DNA of 63,834 nt, counting the filler, from Octopus bimaculoides (Eukaryota): the NCBI RefSeq assembly GCF_001194135.2. It is 7 parts of 6 records of this genome, joined end to end, with 100 filler letters (N's around TTAATTAATTAA, not from the genome) between each part and the next. Parts side by side here need not be neighbours in the genome. Positions count along the whole stretch, not along the records: positions 16,974 to 40,675 come from NC_068992.1; 6 more parts are not named here. One strand, given 5' to 3'. A program made the position numbers and the translations under genes. This document shows, in pieces, positions 26,300-39,594 of this stretch; within the stretch, counting starts at the first letter, position 1; each line of letters opens with the position of its first letter. The notes beneath the pieces are model-generated. The model was not told the origin of the DNA. It did no database searches and worked only from the letters and a program-made list of their open reading frames with translations.

Positions 26300-26540
26300 T
26301 TAACCCTTTCGATCCCAACCTACCTGGAACTGACCCTAGTTTTATGATACACACCTCCTGTTTTAAAGTGATTTAAAATAAGAACCCTTCCATCAAAATT
26401 CCATGTTAATTTATATTCTAGATGCCGCCTTAATAATGACAAACTTATTTTAACAAATTCTACATTAATTTCAAAATTAATTGAAACAAAAGCAATTTTG
26501 TTATCCTATTTCAAGAGAAATATGGTAGCAAAAGGATTTA
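26300..26540. mobile_element. Degenerate piggyBac-type MITE
   Basis: Starts TTAA-CCCTTTCG, ends GGTAGCAAAAGGA-TTTA; interior related to the 34031 and 36324 copies. Confidence 0.6.
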
Positions 26541-27429
26541 CTAGCAAAACAAAGGGAGAGATCGTGAAAATGCACAATATTTTGTCTGGCGCTCTACCAA
26601 TTCAATCATATGTTACCTTTGGTGTTTGAATTATATTGACTGTAGCTGGTTTAAAATCTGAACAAAATTTACATCAAGGATGATTGTATTTAGATTTTAG
26701 ACATTTTGGTTATCTAATTATTTTGGTTAATTAGTTATTCAGCATTCTTTTAAATTTTCCATAGAGAATTTCCTTTTTTTTGTTTCTAATTTTTAGCACT
26801 GTTTATTAAATTATTGAGTGATTTCACTAATGGGTAACATTAAAAGTCATAATATTGCTGTTAATTTTGTGTCTTGTCTCAAAATCTTTTATTGAGGTTC
26901 TTTATTTTTGTAACTCTTTTTTTTGCAATATCAGAAATCTGATAATTGACTGTTGCTATGTTGTTCTCAACTTTTATGGGTTTAATAGGTTAAAAATTAA
27001 AAAAAAAAGGGGGCAACATTTGGTTAGAAAATATTTTGAAACACACACAACACAAATGAATAGTTTATAACGTCGTCTAAAAAGCAGAGGATGTTGTTGA
27101 CTGTCTACAATGCTTGCTGTTGATAGTTATTTGGTCAAAGGCTAGTTTTATGATCATGTTGTTTGGGATCTGGGCTGAATTGCATGAGAAGAATTAATAT
27201 CTAGGAAATCAAAGAGATTTGCAGATAAAATAGTTATTATGCTTTAGACATTCACCTGTTTAAGGATAAATAGTTGTGGTGCCTTAAATAAAGACATATT
27301 TAAGAATAAATGGTTGTAATGCTTTAAATTTTGTTTTAATGATTTTGTCCCGAACAAAGTTTGGGGCCACTGTGACTCAAGCCACTACAAACAATGAAAA
27401 GAAGGGAGCCTACAAATTAAAAAAGAAAA

Positions 27430-27850
27430 TGTGGGTGAGTGGTAAGAAGTTTGCTTCCCGACCACATGGTTCTAGGTTCAATCCCGCTGTGTGACACCTT
27501 GGGCAAGTGTTTTCTATTATAGCTTCAGGTTGACCAAGACCATGTGAGTGGATTTGGTAGATGGAAACCAAAAGAAGCCTGTTGTATATATGTGTGTGTG
27601 TATGTGTGTATGTGTGTGTGTGTGTGTGTCTGTGTCCCTCCACCCCCACCACTATTGCTTGACAACCAGTGTTGGTATGTTTATGTTCCCGTAACTTAGC
27701 AGTTCAGCCTAAGAGATCGATAGAATAAGTACTAGGCTTAACAAAAAAAACTATATGTACTGGGATCAATTCATTCGACTAAAACAAATTGATCAAGGCG
27801 GTGCTCCAGCATGGCCATAGTCTAATGATTGAAACCAGTCAAAGATAAAA
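27430..27850 (+). mobile_element. CORE-like SINE family B
   Basis: Head GTGGTAAGAAGTTTGCTTCC, CACCTTGGGCAAGTG core, internal (TG)n, tail GGCGGTGCTCCAGCATGGCC...GAAAC. Confidence 0.85.
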
Positions 27851-29249
27851 GATAACAGATTTACAGAAAGCCTAATGCACTGAATATCATAGACCAGAAG
27901 AAGAGTGGATGATCCGAGCAAGTTCCAGGGAGCATCTCAAAGAAAGAAGCTGTTAGAATAAAAGGTCTTATGGCTAACAGGAAGCTCAGCTGAGAAAAGA
28001 TGACCCCTTGGAAGAGAAATAAGTGACACGTTTTTAAGATATTGAGAGAGGGTACTAATGACCTACTTAATGATGAATCCTTGTGAAACCTTAAATAATG
28101 ACCTGTATACGGATATGATTGTGATCAGGGCTGTTTTGGCAGCATCATAAATAAAAACAGACTCCATTTTATCATGAATGACCATGATATTGCATTTAGA
28201 AGTTTCCCCTTTGAGACACAAGTCTGGGCAAAGTTGTTTATGGAAGACCAGCAGTCGCCCATGCATACCAGCCTCCCTTCTTCATGACCTATTTAAAGAT
28301 AATTGTTATGGCGTTAAAGTAATGACCTATTTAAGGATAACTGATTGTGATCAGGGCTGTTTTAGCAGTATCTTAAGCCCCTTGCAAATCACTGCACTTG
28401 TCCCTCTAAGTAATTATTCATTTGCAACCTGCTACAACATCGATCAGAACTGAGCCCTTAAACCTGTGATACCTTTGGGCAATTGTCCAGGATGGCCCTA
28501 ATTGTGATAATAACAATTATGCTTAAATAATGACCTATTTAAGGATAAATGGTTACAATGCATTGAATGGGGAGTTATTTAATTTAATAACCACAGTTTG
28601 TGATGCCTTAAGAGGATTTGATTCTTTATACAATGTCTTATTTATTAACCGGTTGTGATACCTTAAATGTTGAATTATTTAATGATATTAGTGTAATCAG
28701 TCATGCGTAGAGAAAAGTTTCACTTTTGATCTGTCTGGATCATAAAACACACTAATTTATTAAATGAGCACAAATACAGATTCTAAAGGTACGTCGATAT
28801 TATTGATTTGAATCTTGTATTATAAGGGCATGCTACAAAGGTATATCTCATCAATCATAGAGAGATGAAAGAACAAAGAGGCCTATGAGGGATTTTGAAT
28901 GCAGTGAAAAAAAAACAAAACAAAAACCAAAAAAAAAACATACTACAAACAACGATAAATCTAATACAAGTATACAAACTAAATAAATGTAATGGATCTG
29001 GTCCAGCTCTTTTGCTCTCTCTCTCTCTCTCTGCCATCTCATTTGTTACCATTGAACAGGGGAATTGTTAAAGCATAGGTAAAAAAATGCTTTGTCATAT
29101 TAACTCTAGTTCATTATATCCCATGTTCAAATCCTACTGAGGTCATTCTTTTGAGGTTGATAGAATTGAATACCAGTTAAAATACTGGTATCAATTGTAT
29201 TAACTAACCTCTTCCCTATCACTAGTTGCTCATGTGTCTAAATCAGAAA

Positions 29250-29290
<41 letters not shown>

Positions 29291-29487
29291 TGTGTTCAGA
29301 TTCTGCCAAGGTTGACTTTGCCTGTCATCCTTTTGGGGTTGATAAAATAAATACCAGTTGTGTATTGGCATCGATGTGATCGACTTTCTCCCTCCCCCAA
29401 ATTGTCCGGGCGTGTGCCTATGGTAGAAAGGCTTGATATTATTACTATTATTATTATTATTATTATTATTGTTATTATTATTGTTGT

Positions 29488-29690
29488 TGAGTGAGAGAGC
29501 AGTGCATGCCATCAAAGTGATACTGGGGTAAAATATATGAAGCTCAGTATACCCATCATGACTAACTGTCATCTGACAAGGGTACACCAGGCACATGCAT
29601 CACAATCATATGTGTGTGACATAGTGATTTCATATCAAGATAAACAGCGCATGACCTTGCAGATGGGGCCCAGTTAGAATTTTGATTTCA
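29488..29690 (-). mobile_element. Partial copy of the (AAT)n-tailed retroposon seen full-length at 63161-63722
   Basis: High similarity to 63161-63360; abuts an (ATT)n array. Confidence 0.8.
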
Positions 29691-30019
29691 CTTGCTTCAA
29701 CAGGTCTTCACAAGCAGAGTTTGGTTTCCACTGAAAGAAAGGTATGCCTAAGTGGGCTGGTTACACCCCTGGCATAGGCCACAGGCTATGGTCTCACTTG
29801 GCTTGCCAGGTCTTCTCAAGCACAGCATATTTCCAAAGGTCTTGGTCACTAGTCATTGCCTTGAGATTATTTCATCGGTAATTATTTTATCAATCTTGTA
29901 GGGATAAAAGGAAGAATCAATCTTAGCAGAATTTGAACTACAAATGTAAAAAGTAGTGTCAAGAATTTTGTCCAACCCACTAACAGTTCTGCCAGATCAT
30001 CAGGTAAAGAGTGAAAGGG

Positions 30020-30322
30020 TCAATACCCCCTTTGGTCATGAATAAACATAGGATTGCACCTAGAAAATTCCCCTTCTAGGTACAAGTCCAGGCAAGGTTG
30101 TTTGTAGAAGACCAGCTCTTGCCCATGGATACCAGCTTCCCCACTCCACACCACTGATGTTATCCAAGGGAAAGGCAAAGGCCAGTATACCTTGGCATCA
30201 GTAATGCCACAACTCATTTCTACAGCTAAAGTGTCTTGCTCAAGAGCACAACACACAGGTCCGGGATTTGAACTCACTACCTCATTATTGTGAACCCAAC
30301 GCTCTAACCACTGAGCCATGCA
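30020..30322 (-). mobile_element. tRNA-headed SINE with a different tail (tail fragment also at 28170-28280)
   Basis: Minus-strand head GCATGGCTCAGTGGTTAGAGCG...GAGTTCAAATCCC...GTGCTCTTGAGCAAGACAC. Confidence 0.75.
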
Positions 30323-30469
30323 CATTCTTAAGAACATCAATGATCATTTTAGTAATGAATTTGTTGCTCGGTTAAAAAAAGGTCAAGAATCTAATTAAAG
30401 ATAAGAGAATAATTAATTTAAAATCTGATATGGAGTCAGTGTAAAGATGTGAATCGACTTGGAACTTAC

Positions 30470-30580
30470 TCTCTTTGTTAGCTGTGTGTCCATCATGAAA
30501 TTGTGCACATGTTTTTCTGCTCGACTGAGTTCCAGCTTCCGTGCAATTACAGCAACAACAAGGGCAGTGCATCCAGCGCC
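30470..30580 (-). CDS. KCNN: SK/KCNN small-conductance Ca2+-activated K+ channel, internal exon (S6 C-terminal half and start of the cytoplasmic helices)
   Basis: 111-nt phase 0-0 exon with acceptor ctttaaatttcag and donor AGA|gtaagt. Translates [37 protein letters not shown], near-identical to the SK hallmark [37 protein letters not shown]. Confidence 0.97.
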
Positions 30581-33500
30581 CTGAAATTTAAAGAAAGAAC
30601 TGCATGAGGATAATTAAAAATTTTTTTTTTTTGCTTTTCATTTTGTTTTTAAATTTGTTTCTTTCATGTTGGGCAAAAGTATTGTAATGTGCCATGGCCT
30701 TTTTGAAGTAATTTGTAAGGAACATTGAAATAATATAACATAAACATGAGTTATGGATGAATTAACTGCTAAGATTTCTAAAATAAAGTGACATAAGGCA
30801 TTAAAAGCATCTATCTGTGATAGAACTGAGAAATACTGATGGGACATAAACATATCATTAAAATAATACAGTGAGAAGCAATAGAAACACTACTAAATTA
30901 AATGTAAAAAAGATAAATAAAATAAAAATAAAGCCTTCATTGCATAGTTAATATAATTTATATAGAATAATAAATTGTTAGATCTTAAAAGTTCAAAGCA
31001 AAATATTTCAGCATAAAAATGTCTTTATCAAAAACATGAAAGAATAAAAACAAAGTAACGCTAGTTTATTATGTCAGTTGTCCTTAGGCTGCCTTTGGAC
31101 TTCAGACTCAAATAATTTATCATTAAAATACAAAAATATAAATTGTATTAACCACATTGTAAGGTTTTCTTATTCTTTTATAAATATAGTTTAATAAAAT
31201 GAATATTATAACTTAATGGCAGTTTACGATATTTATTCTAGCTCACAAAAATCGTTCTTGGTGGGAAGAGATGGGGTTCTGAAGCATTTCTGTATAAAAC
31301 AGAAAACTTTTTGTTTTTTGTCTGTTATTATCTCAGAACTATCGTCATCCTCTTCTTATTTTATCAATTTCGATAATGTGTACAATCTTCAACTGTCAGG
31401 TGTCGCTGTATGGCAAGAAGTTTGCTTCTGAACCACATGGTTAAGGGTTCGGTCCCACTGCATGGCACCTTAGGCAAGTGTCTTCTACTATAGCCTAGAG
31501 TTGACCAAAATCTCATGAGTGGATTTGGTAGATGAAAACTGAAAGAAGCCTCTCACACACACACACACACACACATATACACGTGTGCATGTGTGTGTAT
31601 CCTCATCATCACGTAATGTCTGTTGTCCATGCCAGCATGGGTTGGATGGTTTGACTGGGTTGGCACTCTGGAAGGCTGCACCAGACTCTAGTCTGGTTTG
31701 GCCTGGTATTCTACTGCTGGATACCAGGCCAAATCAGATTGGAGTCTGGTGCAGCTTTTAATTACAAAGTTATTTTATTAAATTCTTTATTATTTTAAAA
31801 TTTAATTGAAACAAAGGCAGCATATGTTAACAGAAATATGGTAACAAAAAAAATAGTGTGGTTTCAGGGAAATTTAGCTACTGCTTCTAAACGATCAAGT
31901 GGCCACTAAGAGGCTTCCTAAATGACTTGCATTCAACAATGTCTATTCATTTAGCGAGTCACCAAATGTCTGTCTGCCAATTCAGTGATGATTCTTCTCA
32001 TAGTGACCAAAATATTCCAATGCCGTATTGATTGGTAAATGGAGTTACATGACAGAAATAAAATTGGTCAAATGAAAAACAAAAATATCATTTAGAAAAT
32101 ATGACATGTGCAAACAGTTTCTAGTTCTGCACTGATTGTTGTGATGAATCATATAAATTGCTTAGCTGACTGGCTATGTAGATATTCGATTGTTGAATAT
32201 ACTATATTTTTGCATTAGTGATATTATAGTTTGTAATGTGGCGAGCTGGTAGAATTGTTAGCATGCTGAGTGAAATGCTTAGAGGTATTTCGTACGTCTT
32301 TACGTTCTGAGTTCCAATTCTGTTGAGGTGGTGGCCTTTTCCTTTGGATAAACATCAGTGGTATGGAAAAGGGAGGCTTGGATGCATGAATAATGGTCAG
32401 CCACTTTTTTCCAGGCCTACACATGCATTTTCAGATGCACGGTCAATCTTGGCCAACAGTGGTGGTGGTGATGGCAGGGAGTGGGGGTGGGTGAGTGAGG
32501 TGAGATGATGCTCTGATATCACCAATGTATGTAATTTTATGGGTATTGTCGCTTAGGTACAAGGTAGCTTTGATTGAGCTGACAATTGTTTTGCGAAGAT
32601 GAAAATGAAAATGAAGTTAAAATAACAGAAAAATTAAGAACTTAATAGTATTTATATTAAATATAGAGAGAACGACAGGCAGCCTGTAGTATAGTTGGTA
32701 ACACCTTCACCAGGCAGGTGTCACATGTATGGCTTTAGTCCAGTCAGATGACTTGTACACCCTTTGTTGAATCAATTTAGCAATCATCTTCATCGTCATC
32801 ATCATCTCCCCCCCCCCATGCTATCACTACACCATCATCATCATTGCTGCCGCTAAAACCACCACCATAACCACCCACCACCACTACCACCATGACAACC
32901 ACGACCATGACGATGAAGACGACGACGATCACCACCACCATCATCATTATCATTTCACATCCACATTCCCAAGCTAGCAACATTTGAATAAGTTTCTTAC
33001 AGTTGAGCTCAGATCCTTATTAGGGGGCACTGCTCTCCTAGACAAGTTGGGTGGGGGAACTATGTCTCGCTCATTTGTACTCTACATTTTTTGCCAGGGT
33101 TTATAAAGTCATATGCCCTTCTTATCAACAACTACTCCACAAAGTGTTCAGACCTCATTTTATCATGGCACCAGCACTAGAAGGTTGGTCTTGTCCCTGG
33201 CAAGACTAAAAGACAAAAATTTCCTCTCTACCCTCTATTGTCACCATTTATTCAGCTACCAACACTAAAGAGGTTACTCTCTCTCTGACTAAAAATAAAT
33301 ATATATTATAGTGTCAAATATATTTTCTTTATTCATACCCCATTGTGCGTATATACTATAATGTGTAATTTACTTTCTCTTTTCATTACGCATTGTAACT
33401 ATTATATTCCTCCTTCTCTACCAATTTCATTATAGCACTGCAAGTTATAAGATATATTAAAAGTTAGTCAATGTCTCAAATATTATGGATAGCAATAAAC

Positions 33501-33633
33501 CTTATTAATGAAGAAATAGAAAAAATAATCTAGTTACAGTCACTTTTTATTTTGTAATTTTATTCTAGACAATTAAATAATTTAATACTTTACTATTTGT
33601 AAAATGAAATCAATATTTTACTGTTGCATCAGG

Positions 33634-35035
33634 AAGTTGGTGAGTTGGCAGGATGGTTAGTATGATGGTTAAAATGCTTAGCAGCTAACTGTTTTTTTCT
33701 CTTTCATATTCTGTGTTCAAATTCTACTAAGATTAATTTTGCCATTCATTTTTTGGGAGTCACTAAGATAGTATCAGTTAAACAATGCGGTCAGTCTAAT
33801 TGACTTGCTCCTTCCCCTTAAGATTTTTCACCTTGTGCCAAAATTAGAAAGAATTATATGTTTATACTGAGAACTGTTCTTAATAGAGTTGCCAGAAAGT
33901 CAGACAAAATGTTTTGCAGTACTTAATAATAGTTGTTAATGATCTGAGTTCAATTCTTGCTAAAGTGCACTTTGTCTTTTACTCTTCCAGAGTCAATAAG
34001 CCCTCACACATCAGTCATCAATTGAGGGGTTTAACCCTTTCATTACCAACCTGGCTGAAACTGGCTCTGGCTCTGAGTACAAATGTCCTGTTTTCATAAA
34101 TTTTCAATTAAAATCTTCCACCAAACCTTAGTCACAATTTATGTACCTAACACTAGCTGAATAATAACTAAGTTATTTTACTAAATTCTTTGTTATACTT
34201 AAAGTAATTGAAAGAAACACAGAACATCTCAAAATAAATACAGTAATGAGAGGGTTAAATCAACAATCCCCAGCCTTTTCTTGCACCATGGACCAGGAGG
34301 ATTAATTTTGTATTTAAGGTAATTTAATTAAACATAATATGAAATGAAAACAAATAAACAAGTGTTTCTTTCTAAATTTGGCACAAGGCCAGCAATATTG
34401 ATGGGTGATGTGAGTTGATTACATTCTTTTCCACTCTAGGCACAAGGCCCCCACATGTTTTGGAGAGTGGGAGCAATCGATTAAATTGACCCCAGTACGC
34501 AACTGGTACTTAATTTATCGACCCTGAAAGGATGAAAGGCAAAGTCGACCTCGGCGGAATTTGAACTCAGAGCGTAACGGCAGATGAAATACTGCTAAGC
34601 ATTTCGCCCAGTGTACTAATGATTCTGCCAGCTCGCTGCCTTAAAAGTTGATTACACTGAATTAATTACATTGCTCTTCAGTGCTCAACTGGTACCAACT
34701 TCATTGATTCCAAAAGGATGAAATATCAAGTCAACCTCTGCAGAACTTGAACTCGGAAGGTAGAAATGCTGCTAAGCATTTTGCCTGAAATGCTAATGAT
34801 TCTGCCAGCTAGCCGAAAGTGGTAAGCTGGCAGAATCGTTAGCAGACTGGGCAAAACGCTTAGCAACATTTTGTGCATCTTTGCATTCAGAGTTCAGATT
34901 CTGCCATGGTTGACTTTCCCTTTCAAACTTTTGGGGTCGATGAAATAAGTACCAGTTGAACTCTAGGTTTAATGAGATCAATTTACCCAATCCTTCTCTG
35001 AAATTGCCGGCCTTGTGCCAAAATTTAAAATTGAC
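33634..35035. mobile_element. Cluster of SINE A copies in both orientations, including a nested insertion
   Basis: Plus copy 33634-33860; minus host 34368-34810 with inner copy 34424-34645; plus copy 34822-35035. Confidence 0.8.
34031..34258. mobile_element. piggyBac-type MITE, 220 bp between TTAA target duplications
   Basis: TTAA-CCCTTTCATTAC...GTAATGAGAGGG-TTAA, with 11/12 TIR match. Confidence 0.88.
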
Positions 35036-35565
35036 TTTATCATGAAGAAATTTTGAACATGAAGAACACCAAAAAGTCGGTAATTATGTTTGTCATTTGG
35101 TGAGCTGATGTACCCCTGAAGTGGTGGAATGAAGGTGATCTAATTAATTATCATCCCTCCCCATTTCACTCCACGTGTGACCACATACCAATATGGAAAT
35201 CAATATTCTATTTAGAAGAACTGCCCTAATTAATATGATAATATTTTGTTTTAATGAAATATAACACGTGTGATTGCTACTGTTTGTTGCCATAGAAACT
35301 GAAGAGTTAGTGATGAAGATGTCAGAAAAAAGATTTTTTAAACTGAAGTTGTAAATCCTGATAGGAATACGAAATGATCATAATCTTAATTCATAAATGT
35401 GTGTATTTATCAAATAATGTACCCAGCCATGGAAATCATGCCAAAGCAGACACAGGTCCTCCGGCTTGCCAGTCCCTGTTGAATTGTCCAGCATAGAAAT
35501 TGGATGTTAAATGATGATGATGTTGATGATAATAAGGATGATGTTAATATGTGTGTGTGTGTGTG

Positions 35566-35597
<32 letters not shown>

Positions 35598-36323
35598 GAT
35601 CTATCTATCTATCTATCTATCTACCTACCTACCTATCTATCTATCTATCTATTTACTTGTCTATCTATCTGTCTGTCCATCTGTTTGTCCATTTGTCTGT
35701 CCGTCTGCTCATCTCTCTGTATGTATGAATACATGCATGTATGTATGCATGCATACATGTATGTATGTATGTGTGTATGTATGTGTGTATGTAGGTGTGT
35801 ATGTAGGTATGTATGTAGGTATGTATGTAGGTATGTATGTAGGTATGTATTGATGCATGTATGTATGCACGCATTCATGTATTTATNNNNNNNNNNNNNN
35901 NNNNNNNNNNNNNNNNNNNNNNNNNNNNNNNNNNNNNNNNNNNNNNNNNNNNNNNNNNNNNNNNNNNNNNNNNNNNNNNNNNNNNNNNNNNNNNNNNNNN
36001 NNNNNNNNNNNNNNNNNNNNNNNNNNNNNNNNNNNNNNNNNNNNNNNNNNNNNNNNNNNNNNNNNNNNNNNNNNNNNNNNNNNNNNNNNNNNNNNNNNNN
36101 NNNNNNNNNNNNNNNNNNNNNNNNNNNNNNNNNNNNNNNNNNNNNNNNNNNNNNNNNNNNNNNNNNNNNNNNNNNNNNNNNNNNNNNNNNNATGTATGTA
36201 TGTATGTATGTAGTTGTTGACAACAGTGTGCATCTGGGTAACTGAAATTTTGCCTTGGAGTACAGGCTTTCTCATTGGCTCATTGCCAAAAGGTTAAGTT
36301 GATTTAGAGCAGGAAGGTAATGT

Positions 36324-36551
36324 TTAACCCTTTCGTTACCAACCTGGCTGAAACCAGCTCTGGCTCTGAGTACAAATATCTTGTTTTCATAAGTTTTGAA
36401 TTAGAATCTTCCACCAAACCTTAGTCACAATGTATGTTCCTAACACTAGCTGAATGATAACCAAGTTATTTTACTAAATTCTTTGTTATATTTAAAGTAC
36501 TTGAAAGAAACACAGAGCATCTCAAAATAAATACGGTAACGAAAGGGTTCG
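36324..36551. mobile_element. Second copy of the 220-bp piggyBac-type MITE
   Basis: TTAA-CCCTTTCGTTAC...GTAACGAAAGGG-TTCG; perfect 12-bp TIR, right TSD altered. Confidence 0.85.
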
Positions 36552-36711
36552 GAAACATTACCTATTAACCACAGTAAAACCGAGCAACAATAAATCATTA
36601 CTGTTGCAGTTATTTAGTCCTGAGGCTAATTATCCTGATCTGGTACACCTATTATCAAAGGCGTTCCTGCTACGACCATCTAGTCTCATTATTTTTAAGA
36701 ATGTAGCAAAG

Positions 36712-37138
36712 AGAGAGGCCTGGCAGAATCTTTAGCACATTGGGCGAAAATGCTTAGCAGCATTCCTTCTGGTTCTTTATATTCTGAGTTCAAATTCTAC
36801 CAATGTCGACATTGATTTTTATTCTTTCAGGGTCAATAAGATAAAGTACCAGTCGAGTACTGGAGGTGGATGTTATTGATTAATCCCCAGCCTACATTGC
36901 AAGCATTCTATAGTAGAAAGAACGGTGAGCTGGCAGAACCGTTAGCATGCTAGGTGTAATGCTTTGTGGTATTACATCTGTTCCGAGTTCAAATTCTGCC
37001 AAGATCGAATTTGCCTTTCATCCTTTTGGGGGGTCAATGAAATAAGTACTAGTTATGCACTGGGGTCAATGTAATCGAAAAGCCCCCTCCCCCGAAATTT
37101 CAGGCCTGTTGCCTATAGTAGAAAAGATTATCATTATG

Positions 37139-37171
<33 letters not shown>

Positions 37172-37390
37172 GATGTGGGGAGCTGGCAGAATTGTTAGCA
37201 TGCTAGCTGAAATACTTAACAGCATTTCTTCTAGATCTTCATGTTCTGAGTTCAAATTATACTGAAGTCACCTTTGCTTCTCATTCTAGCAGGGTTGATT
37301 AAATAAGTACCAGTTGAGTACTGGGGTAGATCTAATCGACCAATCCCCTGCATCCAAAATTCCAGGTTCCTAAAGTAGAAAGAATTTCAG
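36712..37390 (+). mobile_element. Three consecutive plus-strand CpG-decayed SINE A copies
   Basis: Heads at about 36712, 36925 and 37176 ((A/C)CTGGCAGAA), each with the AAGTAC(C/T)AG body. Confidence 0.8.
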
Positions 37391-37632
37391 AGAATGTAGG
37401 GCATAATTTGAAGTATGAGCTATTTCTAAGTCATAACCGGTCAAGTGGCCAACTTGCTTGGTCTCCCTCCTGGGATGGTATTCATTAATTAGTATTGTTA
37501 GCTAATTTTATTAATGAGGTTTGTGTAAAAGTTATTCAATGTTGTGAATGTATCTTTGGACATGAAATAATTACATAAATGAATAAAATTATAAATAGTA
37601 AAATAAAATAACAATAAAAAATAAATATTCAT

Positions 37633-38000
37633 AGGTGCAGGCATGGGTGTGTGGTAAGAAGTTTGCTTCCAAACCACACAGTTCTGGGTTCAGTCCTACT
37701 GTGTGACATTGTGGGCCAAAGCCTTGTGTGTAGATGTGGTAGACACAAACTGAAAGATGCTTGTCATATATATGTGTGTGTGTGTGTTTTGGGGTCTGTA
37801 TTTTTCTCCCACCACTGCTTGACCACTGGTGTTAATGTGTTTACATCCTTATAATATAGAGGTTTCGGCGAGAGAAACCAATAGGCTAAGTACCAGGCTT
37901 AAGAAAATTAAGTCCTGGGTTTCAGTCATTTGACTAAAATTCTCCAAGACGGTGCTCCAGCATGGCCGCATTCTAATGATTCAAACAAGTATAAGATAAC
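37633..38000 (+). mobile_element. CORE-like SINE family B, decayed (partial copy at 31398-31555)
   Basis: Head GGTGCAGGCATGGGTGTGTGGTAAGAAG and tail GGTGCTCCAGCATGGCCGC. Confidence 0.8.
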
Positions 38001-39129
38001 CATTTAAAAACTCAGTTCCGATGTGTATTCTAAGATATGGAACATAGTTAAACGGTGAAGATACTACGTATAGTCTACATCCTTATTTTCAAAACAGTTC
38101 TTATCACAGATCAATTCAAATACACATCATACATACAAAGCTTTCTAATGACATGTTAAGTTCTCTGCATTAATTAAAAGCAATCATCTGTTGACTGAAC
38201 TAATCAATAATTTACATTTTTCAAGAATTAATTCTTTGCTGAAAGTAATTTACTTGTGATCAGATTTTAATGATTTTCATTGAAACTTTGCAAGACTTAA
38301 AAGGAGCAATACCAGAAACATTTGAAGCTAATTTGGATGATATCGTTATCCTGGTTTCTTTTTGTTTGGTATAATCTTTTCATTGTATCTCTGATACTTT
38401 TATATCAGTTTAGAAAGGAATAGTACTCTTTCTTCGCTCAATTAAAAATAATTTGATTACACTCCAAACTAATCAGATAAAACTAAACGAAAGAGGGAGT
38501 GGAAAAATTTTAGTCTTGGAAATATTTGTAAAATTTTTGAAAAACTTTACTTCAGTACACTTACATTTAATTTATTAAATGAAGAATATTTTGGTAGTCA
38601 AAGAGAAAAGAAAATATCAGTAAAATTTGCAAACGTTTTCAAGTTTCTGTTTATAATTTAATTTGTGAAGGAAATACTACCTGAGATGTTTTAGTTCTTT
38701 GCCAAATAAATAAAGCTCAATAATTTGCTTGATTTAATAAATGCTGCAATTCTTTTTTGGAATATTCCATGCATTTGTGAAGAAATGGTTTTAGATGCTG
38801 TTATATTTGTGAGATGAGAAGCCAGATTGCTTCCAGTCTCTTAGCAACTGTTTATCAGGCATTCTTTTTGTCTGACAATGAAAAGCAAAAAAGCTCCAGC
38901 ATGAACTTAACCAAGTTACTTCAAACAAATTAGAGACTTTGGAGCAAAGACTGCAGAGAAATCGATGAATCATGTGACCACAATTGCTATTATCGTTGTT
39001 TAGCCACTGGTCTGCTCTGATCAAGAAAACCTGTAATCAAAAGTATTCCATTTGTGACAGTCTCCACATTGTGTATACCTATGACTGAATTATCCAATGT
39101 GTCCTTCCTTACATGACCTGGAGCATATC

Positions 39130-39370
39130 CAGATGCTTCAGCCTGGTTTCACAGAGAGGCAAAGTGCACAGAGGAGGCTTCCTAGAGAGAACTCTTGTTT
39201 CCATGGCTGACAGCACCAATTGCCATTCCTGCCTCACATCCCAGCTCACCGTTGATGCTGGCGATGAAACCATTTTGATGGTCTCCCTTGGGGATCCAGC
39301 CAGAACATTTTGCTGATGGTTGCTTCTGATGTGGCCCTCTGGTGGTGGCATATCTGAGGACTCTGTTCCC
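39130..39370 (-). mobile_element. Decayed RTE/RTEX-type LINE ORF C-terminus
   Basis: Frame-hopping reading RVLRYA-HHQRATSEATISKMFW-DPQGRP...ELGCE...SAMETRVLSR resembles RLRFAGHxxR...ISxLLLWxP...AMEDRxxWR. Confidence 0.5.
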
Positions 39371-39594
39371 CCACCACCACCATCACCACCCACAAACCGC
39401 ACAGGAGTTAGAGGGTTGCAAAGATAGATGGATTGATGGGTGATTACAACATCACCACCACCATCCCCACCACCATCACACTCATCCTCCCCCTCCTCTT
39501 CATCATCATCGTTATCGTCACACTAAATACCACATGGCATACTGCAGGAAGGTCTTTTGATTCCACCATTCCTCATACACCTAACAAGAATCTA

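Noticed and set aside
27245-28700. CRISPR-like reading of the spaced 37-bp repeats
   Set aside because: Eukaryotic context, degenerate units, irregular spacing, no cas genes.
38791-39030. 77-aa minus-strand ORF after a ttacag acceptor, considered as an upstream SK exon
   Set aside because: No resemblance to SK S1-S5 or pore sequence; no family recognised.
39109-39402. 97-aa minus-strand ORF with an apparent donor AT|gtaagg
   Set aside because: Better explained as a frameshifted RTE-type LINE C-terminus; no SK similarity.
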